Positions 10,517 to 21,738 of a stretch of DNA of 64,000 nucleotides are shown here, one piece after another. The position numbers and the translations under genes were made by a program. Origin of the DNA: Lama guanicoe (taxonomy: Eukaryota); assembly GCA_013239625.1 (NCBI GenBank), contig MU054323.1:17178029-17242028 (forward strand), given 5' to 3'. Every line of letters starts with the position of its first letter. Position 1 is the stretch's first letter. The notes below the pieces were generated by a model that saw nothing but the letters and a program-made list of their open reading frames with translations, was not told the origin of the DNA and ran no database searches.

Positions 10517-13319
10517 ACACAAATTAAATAACAATATGCTACGAAATGGTATCAGAGGGCCGCAGTTGAAAAGGGCAAAGTGACAATGAGATCAAGGAAT
10601 CACCTGGAGAAGACTATGGTGATCTAACAGGAGATCTTGCAACTGGCATTTCCTTGAAGTTTCTCCCCACAGCCCAGGTTCTGGCCTTTACTTGGCCCAA
10701 GAGTTGACTAGACATATTGAGGCTGATTCTCACCAAACTCACAAGAGATTAAGGGATAATTTACTAATTTACTCATTTACAGTAGAGACTAATCCAGAGT
10801 CAAAAACTCAGTTTCCTGTAGGGATCAGGCAGATCACGTAAACATGAAGGGGCCAAGCGTAAAACAATAAAAGTGGCCGAAACTGTGAAGAGAGAGGAAA
10901 CTTACCTAAAGGCTTTCAAATTAAAAAACAAAATTTAACACTGTGCAGATGTTAAACCTATCTGCATGTCCTGATGTGACATTTTGACCCTAGCTTCTGG
11001 TCTATTCCTTTCTGTTGACTAGACACTGCTCGTCTTTCTATCTCAAGAACTGTCTCCTGATAAACAGCACCTAGAAAACCAGTAGAAGAGTCACAAGGCA
11101 GAATATAAGGAGGCAGGTAGTTTTAGGAATATCTATTCCAGGCCAGCCAGGGTGAGACTTCATGAATCATCCATTCCCCACAATATGCATATATCTCTGG
11201 AAAGTCCCTGCCTTCCAGATTCAGGGTCTTTGAGAAATACCTCCCCCAACCTTTTGCTTGCTGGCCTTTTTCCTTTGCCTTCTGCCAACCCTGGATTACT
11301 GAGTGTCCAAGTAGGATACAATATAATTGTTCCATTTACTGAAATATACTCCCATTCCAGTCCTGCTTCCAGAGGGTGCAACCAGGTCACTTAGTTTGGG
11401 GTATGGGTTGTTCCCACATTCTTTGGTTACTCAGATTATAGATGGTCTCTTTGTACAAATGAATCAGATCACACTCATTTAATGTTGAGAGTTGGTTTAT
11501 AAGAGCTTGGAGGAGGTACCTCACTGTTGCCTTCCTGTGCCATAAGCACAGACAAAGTTCTATTGAAGCATTTTTTATTTAATGATGAAATTTCCTCAAC
11601 TAATTTGGTAGATAACTATTTGGGGGCCTGAGATACTGGAAAAATGAAGAGGAAGAAGGGGTTATGAATGAATAAAAGGACAAAGAGAATTTCTGTTAGA
11701 GGCTTAGGGTCAACGTTCTTCTCAAAATGCCCTTACCCCAATACAATCAATCACTAAATCCTTTGATTTCTCCTTTGAAATATTTGTTGAATCTAAGTTT
11801 TTTTCTCTTTTTCATTTTTGTTATCAACTCAGGCTAGGAGTTTATTATTTCCTGTCTGGACTACTGAGTTGGAACTCAGTACTGAATTTTGTTCCAAAGC
11901 AATTCCAGGGAAAAATAAAAATAGTTAACTCCACTTCTTTTTTCAAATAAAAGTAAACTATGTAAAACATGTATATTCCTACCACTTAGATTGATTACTT
12001 CATCGAGTAAGAGGAACTCAGTGGAAATAAAAGGTACTGGGCATATTTGAGAAGTTATTACCTGGGCATATTTGAGAAGAAACAACACAGGAGCAGTACT
12101 CTAAACTTTCATGCCTTACATTTTAGTTCTCTCTACTTTTCAGTTGGTGAGAGAAGGGACACCAAGTGAGTATGAAGGAGGCACCAGCAGGACCAAGGGT
12201 AGGAGTTGACCCGGGTAAGGAAGTGCCACACCAGCTAAACTCAGTGAGGACGGGCTACAGGAGAGGGCCTTTCTGTGAACTTGGGTATGGTAATGAACTG
12301 GGCTCAGTCTGTTACAAGTCAGTGATTTTTATCAGCAGGTATTGGAAATGAGCCTTTAGTTTAGTTAGGAGACTAGAGGGATAGGGGAGAGAAGAGAGGG
12401 AAGTGGCTCTGTCTCACTCATCACTTTAAAAGGGGTAACAAGCTTGATACTAGCTTCTACCGGTAGAATTATATATATATAAAACGAAGGCCAAAATCTT
12501 TCATCCTGCCCTATAGATAGAAGGCTTAAAATGCAAATGACCAGTTGTCACAGATTGCCTGTAGTTCTTTTAGACTGTATTTTTATGAGGTCAAATATTT
12601 TCCTTCACACTATAATAATACTTTGTTTATATTAGTTTTTGTAGATTTACAGAAGACTTTAACAGGCAAAATCTACAAAAGCCACATTAATAAATCAACC
12701 AATCATTCAATGAGTGAAGGTTTGGGGAAGGATTATTTGAAATGATGACATTAAGAAGTAATATTATTCAAAGATTATATGGAACTCAAATCCCAATTAG
12801 TAAGGGAAAAGCTAATTTTACCACCCGTATTTTCTACATCGCGGTTTGATAGTCCTCTCAGTTTTTGTAAATTTCCCTTGGTTGCTCACATTTGCAGGAA
12901 CTCAACATTTACCACCTTGTACCATTGTTCAGGATCACAGTCTGGGAAAAATTCTGGTCCATGCCAGAAGCCAACTAAGCACCTGACGAGAAACCTGTGG
13001 TGGAAGCGAATCTTTTGCACTTTTTCACTTGGGGATGGGGACGTTTATTCAACCCAACCCCGCACTTTTCTCTCCAGTTTCTGCACAGTAACAAGGGAGC
13101 ATCCCAAAAGAGCAGGCATCTTAATTGCGTTACATAGGCCAAATAAGAAATATGTTGGCTCCGTGTTCTTCTCCAAGGGGCCATCACCTCACACTCCTAG
13201 AGCTTTAGGATTTACCTGGGGAATCATGTGTTTTGAATCCATGGCAAAAGTGGAATTCCATTTCTACATCCAAAGTGGAGCTGGTACTAGCCTTTCCTCT
13301 AGCATTAAACAATGTCCCC

Positions 13320-14020
13320 TGTGGCAGTGGAGGCGGGAGCGGGGCAAGCGAACAAGGAAGATTATTTTTACTACAACAGTCTCAGTGGCAACCCGCACCC
13401 TGCTTGTATTACTCCGCGCCCCGCGACTCCCAGACCTCTAGGTGTGACCGCGGCCGGGGACTACAAAACGGAGACTTCTGGGGGAAGGAAGTGACGACAC
13501 GGCGCGAAGCATGCTGGGACCCGGCGCGCTCGGCTCGAGAGGCTCCTTCCTCCCGGCGTGGTTGCTGAGTGCCCGTCGCTGCTAGGCTCTTTAACTGGTA
13601 CTTCTCTCGTTTGTCAGGATTAGACGTAAAGTATCACTTGGTTTGAGTACAACCCTAAATATCCTGCGGCTTCGGGTTAGGCCAGGGAATCAGCTCTAGA
13701 GCGTTAGCTACTGCCCCTTCGTTTATGTGTCCTCCGAACCAATTTTAAGAGGACATTGTTGCAGATCCAGGGGCCTCTCCCGGGAGTGTCTAGCGGAGAC
13801 ACAGAGCCAGAGACGGAGTGGGTGGATATCAGAGGAGTTTTCTTTTTCAGTTTTGGCTAATAGTGGTGTGGCGTGAGTTCCTTTGATCGAAGGAGAGCAG
13901 AGTTGAATCTGTAAGCCGGAGATCGAAGCTGTCGTGAAGGCGATCTGGGATGGGATTGGGGTGGAATAAAAGTGTGCCAGGTGAGTTACCGCAGACTGGG
14001 CCTCGCGGCGACTCGGTGTC
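13320..14020 (+). promoter_or_regulatory. GEMIN6: GEMIN6 CpG-island promoter and non-coding first exon region
   Basis: Sharp CpG enrichment just upstream of the GEMIN6 coding exon. Contains ETS/CRE-like GGAAGTGACG (13487-13496), a ZNF143 SBS-like GCATGCTGGGA (13509-13519, revcomp TCCCAGCATGC) and ACTACA motifs. Exact TSS not determinable. Confidence 0.8.
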
Positions 14021-14196
14021 CCTTTGGCTTTCAGATTGAATAGTAAGTTTTAACTGTTTTCGTGATTCGGAACTTGAGGGAAATCTCAGGTGTTCTCTAC
14101 CTCTAGGGTGGAGATTAGGGATAAGATATTTGCTTGTGTGGAACGTATGTATTAATCCGAACTGGTGGTGGTTTTCTGTCTAGCCAGGTGGCAGCC

Positions 14197-14321
14197 ATGA
14201 ATGAATGGATGAAGAAAGGCCCCTTAGAATGGCAAGAGTACACTTATAAAGAAGTCAGAGTGACAGCCAGTGACAAGGAGTATAAAGGATGGGTTTTAAC
14301 CACAGACCCAGTCTCTGCGAA
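14197..14321 (+). CDS. GEMIN6: Gem-associated protein 6 (SMN complex), first coding exon
   Basis: gcagccATG Kozak context; MNEWMKKGPLEWQEYTYKEVRVTASDKEYKGWVLTTDPVSA matches the Gemin6 N-terminus; donor AA|gtgagt at 14322. Confidence 0.95.
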
Positions 14322-14514
14322 GTGAGTATGGGTTCTGCTTCCTAGAAGTCACCCCTTTGTACTGTCTATGTGTTGCATCCATACTAAGAAAGCAGATAAA
14401 TGAAAGGCTAATTATTCCCACATAAGAATTTAATTTCCTTTGAATCTAAGTGCTGTTCTAACTGTAGATTTCTGTCAGACCAGCCAAGTTCATAGAAATG
14501 GGACGCTTCTTTTT

Positions 14515-16200
14515 TTACATTTTTATTGCAAAATTTCAAAAATACACAAATGTGAATAGAAGAGTATAATAAACACTAATCTTATTCCCCTTTCAAATAC
14601 GTTAAAGCCAATTACAGACATAATATTGTTCATAAATCCTTTAATATGTCTCTAGCAGATAAGTAACCTCTAATAAATGTAACCATACCATTATAACAGG
14701 TAACAAATGTAATAACTTTAACATTAGCTGATTCCTAGTCTGAGTTCAGATTTTCCTGATTGTATCCAAAATATCTTTTTACATCTTTAAAGGTATCGTT
14801 CTATATTCTTTTTTATCAGTTTGGCTGATATGTCTCTTAGGAATTTTAATATATCTCTGCACTTCCTCTCTGATTTTCCATGTCATCTATTTGTTGAAGA
14901 AACAAAGTCATTTGTCTTATAGAATCGAACACACTCTGAATTTAGCTCATTGCATTATCATGGTACACCTTAACATGTCCTTTTATCCACTACTTCTTAT
15001 ATTCTAGTATTCATATCTAGAAGTTTGATTAGGATTAGATTTATTTTTTGCAAGGCTAAAGGTGTTGATACACACACACACACTTTATTTTGAAATGAGT
15101 TTAGATTTACAGAAAAATTGCAAAGAAGGTACAGAGACCACCTATATACCCAGCTTCCCCTAATGTCCCTCAGCTTACACAACCATCGAACATGTGTCAA
15201 AACTAAACATTTATATTAACTAAATTACAGTCATTTGGATTTTATCAGTTTTCCCACTAGTGCCATTCTTCTGTTCTAGGATCCAATCCAAGATCACACA
15301 TTACATTTAATAGTCATGTCTCCTTAGTCTCCTCTGATCTGTTACAGTTTTTCAGTCTTTGCTTGTTTTTCATGACACTGACACTTTGCAGGAGTACTGG
15401 TGAGGTATTTTATATGTCTCTCAATTTGGGTTTGTGTGATGTTGTCTCATAAACAGACTGAGTTTATAGGTTTTAGGGACAAGTACCACACAAATGAGGT
15501 TCTCATCACATTGCATCACATATTATATATCATATGATGTTGTATTTTAGTTAAGGATTTTTGCATTTGTATTCATGAGTGAGATTAGCTTATAGTTTTA
15601 TTTTTTAATATTGTCCTTTTCTGCTTTTAGTATCAAGGTTGTTTTAGCCTCATTAAATAAGTAAAGGCATAGCCTCCCTTTTATAGTCTCTAGGAGAATT
15701 TGGTTGGATTAGAAATGTGTGATCCTTGAAAATGTTATAGAACTTCCTGGTAAAATTATCTGGGTCTTTTTCCCCTCTCCTTGGGAAGATTTGAAACTGG
15801 TTATTCAGTTTTTATTAAAGATTATAAGACTATTTTCTATTGTAAGTTTCAACATTTTTGGCATAAGTTTGTCCTTAATATTTTAAAAGTTAATTTTTGC
15901 TGCCTTATTCCTAATATTATTTGTATGTGCCTTCTTTCTCTTATTAATCCTGCCTGAGTTTTGTGAATTTTATGTCTTTTTCAAAGAGCTGGCTTTTGGC
16001 CTGATGATCCCCTGATTGACTCTTGTTTTCTGTTTCATTAAGTTTGTGCTTTGTTATTTTCTTTGGTCTGCTCTGAAGGGGAGTTACTCAGTTGTTTTTT
16101 TTAACTCTAAAAGTTAAATCTGTACCCTGTCTCATTTCCTAATACACATTTAAAGCATTTATAACTCTCTAAGTAATGTTTTAACTGCATCCTACAATGA
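14515..16200 (-). mobile_element. Old L1 (L1M/L1MC-like) fragments in the GEMIN6 intron
   Basis: L1 3'-end signatures such as tttagatttacagaaaaattgcaaag and ttctaggatccaatccaagatcacac; several fragments, approximate limits. Confidence 0.6.
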
Positions 16201-16437
16201 TTAGCTTTAGGCTGGACAAAAGGTTTAGATGTTTAGGACCCTCAGAGAATTTGTATGAAAGAAGTGAAAACATTTGGTGGTGAGAGGATTAATTTAAAAC
16301 GAGGAAGAGCATTCCCTATTAGTCTAGTGATCTGTTGAGGGTTGATGCCGCCTCTCATTTTATTGCTTCTTCCATAGTTTTATGGGCCTTTAGGTTTTTC
16401 TTTTGCACTATGCTCTGAACTTACTTTTCCTCCAAAG

Positions 16438-16813
16438 TGTTGTCCTCGTGAACATCCTTGAAGATGGCAGTATGTCTGTGACCGGGATTATGGGACATGC
16501 TGTGCAGACTGTTGACATTGTGAATGAAGGGGACCATACTGTGAGAGAGAAGCTGATGAATTTGTTCATGTGTGGAGACTGCAAGGCATACAGCCCTGAG
16601 GATCTGGAAAAGAGAAAGAACAGCCTAAAGAAATGGCTGGAGAAGAACCATATCCCCATCACTGAACAGGGGGATTCACAAAAGACTCTCTGTGTGGCTG
16701 GGGTCTTGACTATCGACCCACCATATGGTCCAGAAAATTGCAACAGTTCTAATGAGATTATCTTGTCCCGTGTTCAGGATCTTATTCAGGGACATCTTGC
16801 AGCTTCCCAGTGA
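16438..16813 (+). CDS. GEMIN6: Gem-associated protein 6, last coding exon
   Basis: Acceptor ttacttttcctccaaag|T completes the split Asn codon (AA|T). Reads VVLVNILEDGSMSVTGIMGHAVQTV...DPPYGPENCNSSNEIILSRVQDLIQGHLAASQ*. Joined CDS 125+376=501 nt = 166 aa. Confidence 0.95.
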
Positions 16814-17602
16814 GAGGTCAAGAACTGCGGATACACTGACTGAAGCAAGACTTCGTTTTTTTTCTTCATAAAACATTTTGAATGTTAATTCTGTCATATT
16901 ATAGGACTTTAAAGGCACACAAGTATGTGTGTGCAAGTTTTAACTTTGTTGTTTTTGGTAAAATCAAAGAAGTGGATTATGAGTGCTAATAAGTGAACTG
17001 GGCAAGGATCACATCACAAGAAAACAAAACAACGGACATCAGAATTATAAGTCTTGATAGGGCTACCCCTCCATTTTTGTTAGGCAAGAAATATATTTGG
17101 AAAGGATGCAACATGCATTAGATTCAATATAAAATGCTTAGGGAAAATCAGTCTTGTTAAGTCCCTTGCACTAATTAGATATGTCTGTTTTAAAATGTTT
17201 ACTTTTTATTTTTTTGGTGAAGTGATGAAATAGTTCTTGAAACAGAGTATATACTTCTTTTGTTGTAACTTGAAAGTTTTGATTATTGGTAAAATCTTAA
17301 CACAGAAGCCTTACAACTTTCAAAGCCTTAGAAGTGAGCACTGGCTGATGTCTCCAGAGGAAGACTGTCAGTGTGACAGACTTTCTACTGCTGAGCTCAA
17401 CCCAGTTCTTTTGCCTGGTGGGTTCAGCCCAGGCTTCCGGGTCACGGAGCTTTCTGCCTTCAGTCTCCAGTCCCTGGGTCAGGCTTCACTGAGGGGAGAG
17501 AATGCAGGAAGTACACTTCACTACATCTGATCCTACCCCTTGGAAGCCGGTCGGGGAGGTTTCTGGCTTACAGAGGCACCTCAGATTGTTCGTTTAGGGG
17601 TC

Positions 17603-18062
17603 TGTGTGGTCGGGCCACTCAAGAAGGCTGTTCTCTTGCTCTTTGTACACCCCCTGCTTGACCAGTTCTGGGTTCACCTACGCGCTACTCACATGAACGT
17701 GCTCATCCCTCCACCCTCGGCCCCTTAGGCCAGATCGGCTCCACCTGCTAGTTTATTAAAAGGAAACATCTGCCCTCGTGATGGTCGTTAACCTGAGGGG
17801 CTGTGAGGCTGGTTTCCCTGGTAACTGAAGAGCCAACCTGATGCCAATTCCCCCTATAAATGGTAGCAACCCCCCCCCGCCCCCGTAGCTGCCATGTTTT
17901 GCTCTCTTGCACCAGGTGGTGTTTTGCTCCAAGACCTTGCTTCAGACGTGTAAGATCCCCTGTCTGGTAAGCTGTTGTCTCTGTTGCTGTCTCTGTGCTC
18001 TTTCTTTGCTCTCGTGGCTGGGCAACTACAAGGCTCGCAGGCCTGCAGGGTGCAGCCCAACA
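17603..18062 (+). repeat. 5' LTR of the ERV
   Basis: Direct repeat of 19730-20238; TATAAA at 17855-17860; followed by the PBS. Confidence 0.88.
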
Positions 18063-19729
18063 ATTGACAAGCCAGCCACGAGGCCGAGGAAGCTCCTTGA
18101 GCACTGGATGTCGGGACATAAGGCTAGGGAACAGAAAGTTGGTGGGATCCCAAGGTGGCTGTCCGCCAGCATGTGGAGCCCTGTGGCAGCTGACTACCAT
18201 AAAAGATGTTTTTCTCTTCCATTATATTGGTGATATCTTGTTAACTCAGAGTCTAAAGTACAGCCCCATGTTCGTGTCTCATCTGACATCACAGGGATGG
18301 CTGGTGAATACAGACAAAACACAAGGACCTAGATTACCTACGTGCCCCCGACCCACCACCCCTAAACAATTACAGACACAGGCTTTAGGGATACTAACTT
18401 AGGACAGACTTGTGAACTGGACATAGCCATTTACCCAGAAGGGTTTGGTTGGGACCTGTGGCAATAGCAAAATAAGAATACCCTTGGGCTTCTGTTCCCA
18501 GCTGCAGAAGTGGGCAGAGCAGCAATATAGTGTGATGGAAAGGCAGCTATAGGCAGGCTATGATACATTGTAACAGGTGGAAGGCACTGCAAAAGGCAAT
18601 GCAAAAAACCACTATTCAGGGTCTGGAACAGCTGTGGGTGACATATGTCCATGTCCCCCATGGACATCGATAGAGACCAAGGAATCTACTTAACTGGCCA
18701 TGACGTTCAGGGATGGGCCAATAACAATGATACACACTGGCCTTTATACCTACCCTATGACCCCACTGCTGCCAGGCTAATTCAAAGGATGGACTAGCTG
18801 AACGACAATTGAGACGGGAAAGCGGCTCTCCCAACATGTGGATCAGGAGGCTCACTTAAGTCCTATGAACTAAAACCGAACATGCCAGGAGCAGTTGTCC
18901 CAGTGCTTACGCCATGTTAACACAGGCGACTATTCAATACCATCTGAGTTCAACTGTTGACCACGAAGGGACCATGGCCAACTATTGGTCAGGACAGTAA
19001 CTCTGTTTTGCCCTTACCACAGGATCCACCCCCAGGGGGACACACAAAATGGCCCCGGGTCTGGCAGGTAAGTCCCCACTGGTTTGGGTTTGCTGGCCCG
19101 TAGGGAATAGGATTACAGATCTCACCTTTCTTCTACCTAAGGCTATGAAAGTAATTAATTCAGGCCCCCTACTGGAGAAAGGCACCATTATATTAACCCT
19201 ATGGTCTTGTTTTACTGCTTTGCCAGTATTTGGCACTGGCTGTGGGGACTGAGGGTAGACGGTACAGTACTGCAGGCCAGGACAAAAACCACCGGCAGGG
19301 GTGGTATTATCTCAGAATGCTGTCTCTGCTTGTGTCTTCGTTAACGGTCACAGTCTTCCCTGTATTGTGCCTGTTAAACGTCTTACCTTTCATCCCTAGT
19401 CGGAGCGGAGGGAATCTGTTCGCAGACTGGGCGACAACAGTGGCCTCATTGTGAATGAGTTGATGGCTGGGTCTGCAGCGAGATACCATTGTCGTCCTCC
19501 TCTGGACTTCCGTGCAAAACTGGCCCGATAAGCACCTGGCTCCAAAGGTTGCTCGCCTCTTGCACTCTTGATACTTTTTAACTGCTGTTTGTTGTCTGTA
19601 TTGCACTTGTGGTATTTGGGTTGCAGTGCACCTCTGCATACCTGACCCCAGGGACATCGCGAAAGAGGGATGGACCAGGATTATGAGTTGTGCAGAGTGT
19701 AGGATCATGTGGGGTGTGTAGGGGTGGAG

Positions 19730-20238
19730 TGTAGGTCAGAGCACTTAAGATGGCCGTTCTCTTGCTCTTTGTACACCCCTTGCTGACCAGTCCCTGCTTC
19801 ACTGACACCTCGCTCACATGAACGCACTCACCCCCTGCCCTGGCCAGTGATGGTTCTAATCCTTACGCCAGAGCGGCTCCACCTACCAGTTTATTAAAGG
19901 GCAGCATCTGCCCTCGTGATGGTCATTAACTTGAGGGGCTGTGAGGGATGTGCTTCATGCCTCAGCTGCTGGTTTCCCTGGTAACTGATGAGCCAACCTG
20001 GTGTCAATTCCCCCTATAAATGGTAGCCTCCTCCCCTGGGTAGTGAAGGCTGCTGCTATGTCCTGCTCGCTGTCTGCCACACACATGGTGGGGTGTTGCT
20101 CCAGGGCCTTGCTTCCGATGTGTAAGATCCCCCATCTTTTAAATCATTGATGTCTCTGTCACTGTTTCTGGGCTCTTTTCTTTGAACTTGAAGCTGAGCA
20201 ACTACAAGGCTTGCAGGCCTGAAGGGTTCAGCCCAACA
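19730..20238 (+). repeat. 3' LTR of the ERV
   Basis: Direct repeat of 17603-18062; TATAAA at 20015-20020; preceded by a polypurine tract. Confidence 0.88.
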
Positions 20239-20311
20239 AGGTCTTTTCAGGGGCACATCTACAGTGACCCCAGGGTTCCCACATCAGATTAGAACTCCTT
20301 ACTCCTTAGGA

Positions 20312-20520
20312 CAGGGGTTAGCAAACTTCAGGCCCTTGGAACAAGTCCAGCCTGCTGCCTCCATGTATTAAAGTTTTATTGGAACACATCTGTACCCCCT
20401 GGTTTGTATATCGTCTGTGGCTGCTTTTGAGCCATAATGGCACAGTTGAGTATTGACAGGAACTATGTGGTTTATATTCTCTGCAGAGAAATATGGCCCT
20501 TTACAGTAAAGTTTGCCCTA
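20312..20520. mobile_element. MER58-like hAT-Charlie DNA transposon remnant
   Basis: caggggttagcaaac...aaagttttattggaacaca...tggccctttacagtaaagtttgcc. Confidence 0.7.
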
Positions 20521-20739
20521 GGAGCTCCTTGAGCTAGCCTGGGCCACCAGGGGTCAGGGTGGACTTCCCAATGCACGTGTGACCTGTGTATTTCCCTTCT
20601 CATCCATACAAAAAAGAATTCTTGTACCTTTTGGGAGAAATGTTTTAAAACATTCAAGTTTTAGAGGGTCTTTGAAAGCAGTCTGATAACGTAGCTAAGT
20701 TACTTCCCCGCACAGTTGTCTAGTAACAGGATGTAGCCC

Positions 20740-20910
20740 CGTGCTTCTCACACTTTCACAAACATCAGAATCAGCTGGAGAGCTTGTTAACACAAATTGG
20801 GAGTAGGGCCCAGCAATGTACTGTGATTCAGTTGGGGGCCAGGAACTTGCATTTATAACAAAATCCCAGATAATGGTAATGCTGCCTGTCCTGGATCACA
20901 CTTGCAAAAG
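20740..20910. mobile_element. MER5-like hAT DNA transposon remnant
   Basis: catcagaatcagctggagagcttgttaa...gcatttataacaaaatcccag. Confidence 0.6.
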
Positions 20911-21738
20911 TAGTTTAAAACTTTGGGGAACAGAAAGTCCTTCCTTCACAACTTGAGTTTCATGATCCTAAATAAAAGTAAAATTTAGTCCGTAGCCTTT
21001 CTCCTTGAGACTAAGACTCCCCTTCAAAGCCCTGCACGGCTTCAGACAGCAAATAGGGGAAGGGGAACAAGAGTAAATTAGGTGGAAAGGATCCCAACAA
21101 AATGAGGGAGGCCTTGAGAGGAGGGAAGATTTGTAGCAGATTATCCATGGCATCAGTCAGGATTGATCCCTGGGCCCAGGGACAGGTGCGTTGGTGTTGG
21201 TAGATTTATTTGCTGTCAGACTAATGAGCTGGGGACGGACTTTCTTGACAATAGGTCCGCTGATTGTTTAAACAGTTTGCCTTGCAAATAAAACCTGAGT
21301 GCTAAAGAGTCCATGACCTGGCTCTGCCATGGAAACCAGCCTGCTTAGGACACTGGGCCTGCCAGTTCCTCAGCTAAGATTCTCCCCAGGAGTTTAACCC
21401 ACCTGTTTCTGATCCCTCCTGTGGTTCCAGATTCCTGGAGGGAGATCTTTCCTCAAAGCTGGCTCTGATCCCTGCCAGCTGGAGCTGGTAGTCAGGACAC
21501 TCTTTGATCACAGTTGGTGTCAAGAATACTTGTCAGAATAAAAGGTTGTTATGACGTAGTATTTTTTGATCCCCTTGGAGCAAAGTTGCCAGTTTTTTGT
21601 GTTACATCTTGCTATCCCATTGTTCACATGCTTTCCTAGATCTCTCCTCTTTCTCCTAAAGATGTTAAGGCTGAAATAGATTTTTTCTGTGTTTTTTTTT
21701 TCAATAAAATTATTAATGAAAATTTTAAAACCTTGACA

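Larger units (their letters stand above)
17603..20238 (+). mobile_element. Internally deleted class III (ERVL/HERV-S-like) endogenous retrovirus with two LTRs
   Basis: LTRs 17603-18062 and 19730-20238 both run TGT...CCCAACA. PBS-like at 18065-18082, PPT aggggtggag at 19720-19729, 5-bp TSD gggtc/aggtc. RT-like HYIGDILL...HLTSQGWLVNTDKTQGP and integrase-like IDRDQGIYLTG...WPLYLPYDPTAARLIQRM remnants. Confidence 0.88.

Noticed and set aside
16408..16743. 111-aa antisense ORF (likewise ORFs antisense to DHX57 exons, e.g. 33039-33272, 39254-39457, 59435-59626)
   Set aside because: Shadow ORFs of real coding exons on the opposite strand, with no independent support.
17748..20256. ORFs of 66-150 aa on both strands within the ERV
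   Set aside because: None encodes an intact gag, pol or env; the RT catalytic motif is decayed (YIGD) and the pieces are short and interrupted.
20965..21600. Possible additional old LTR fragment
   Set aside because: Composition is LTR-like, but I could not identify termini, a TSD or a family with confidence.
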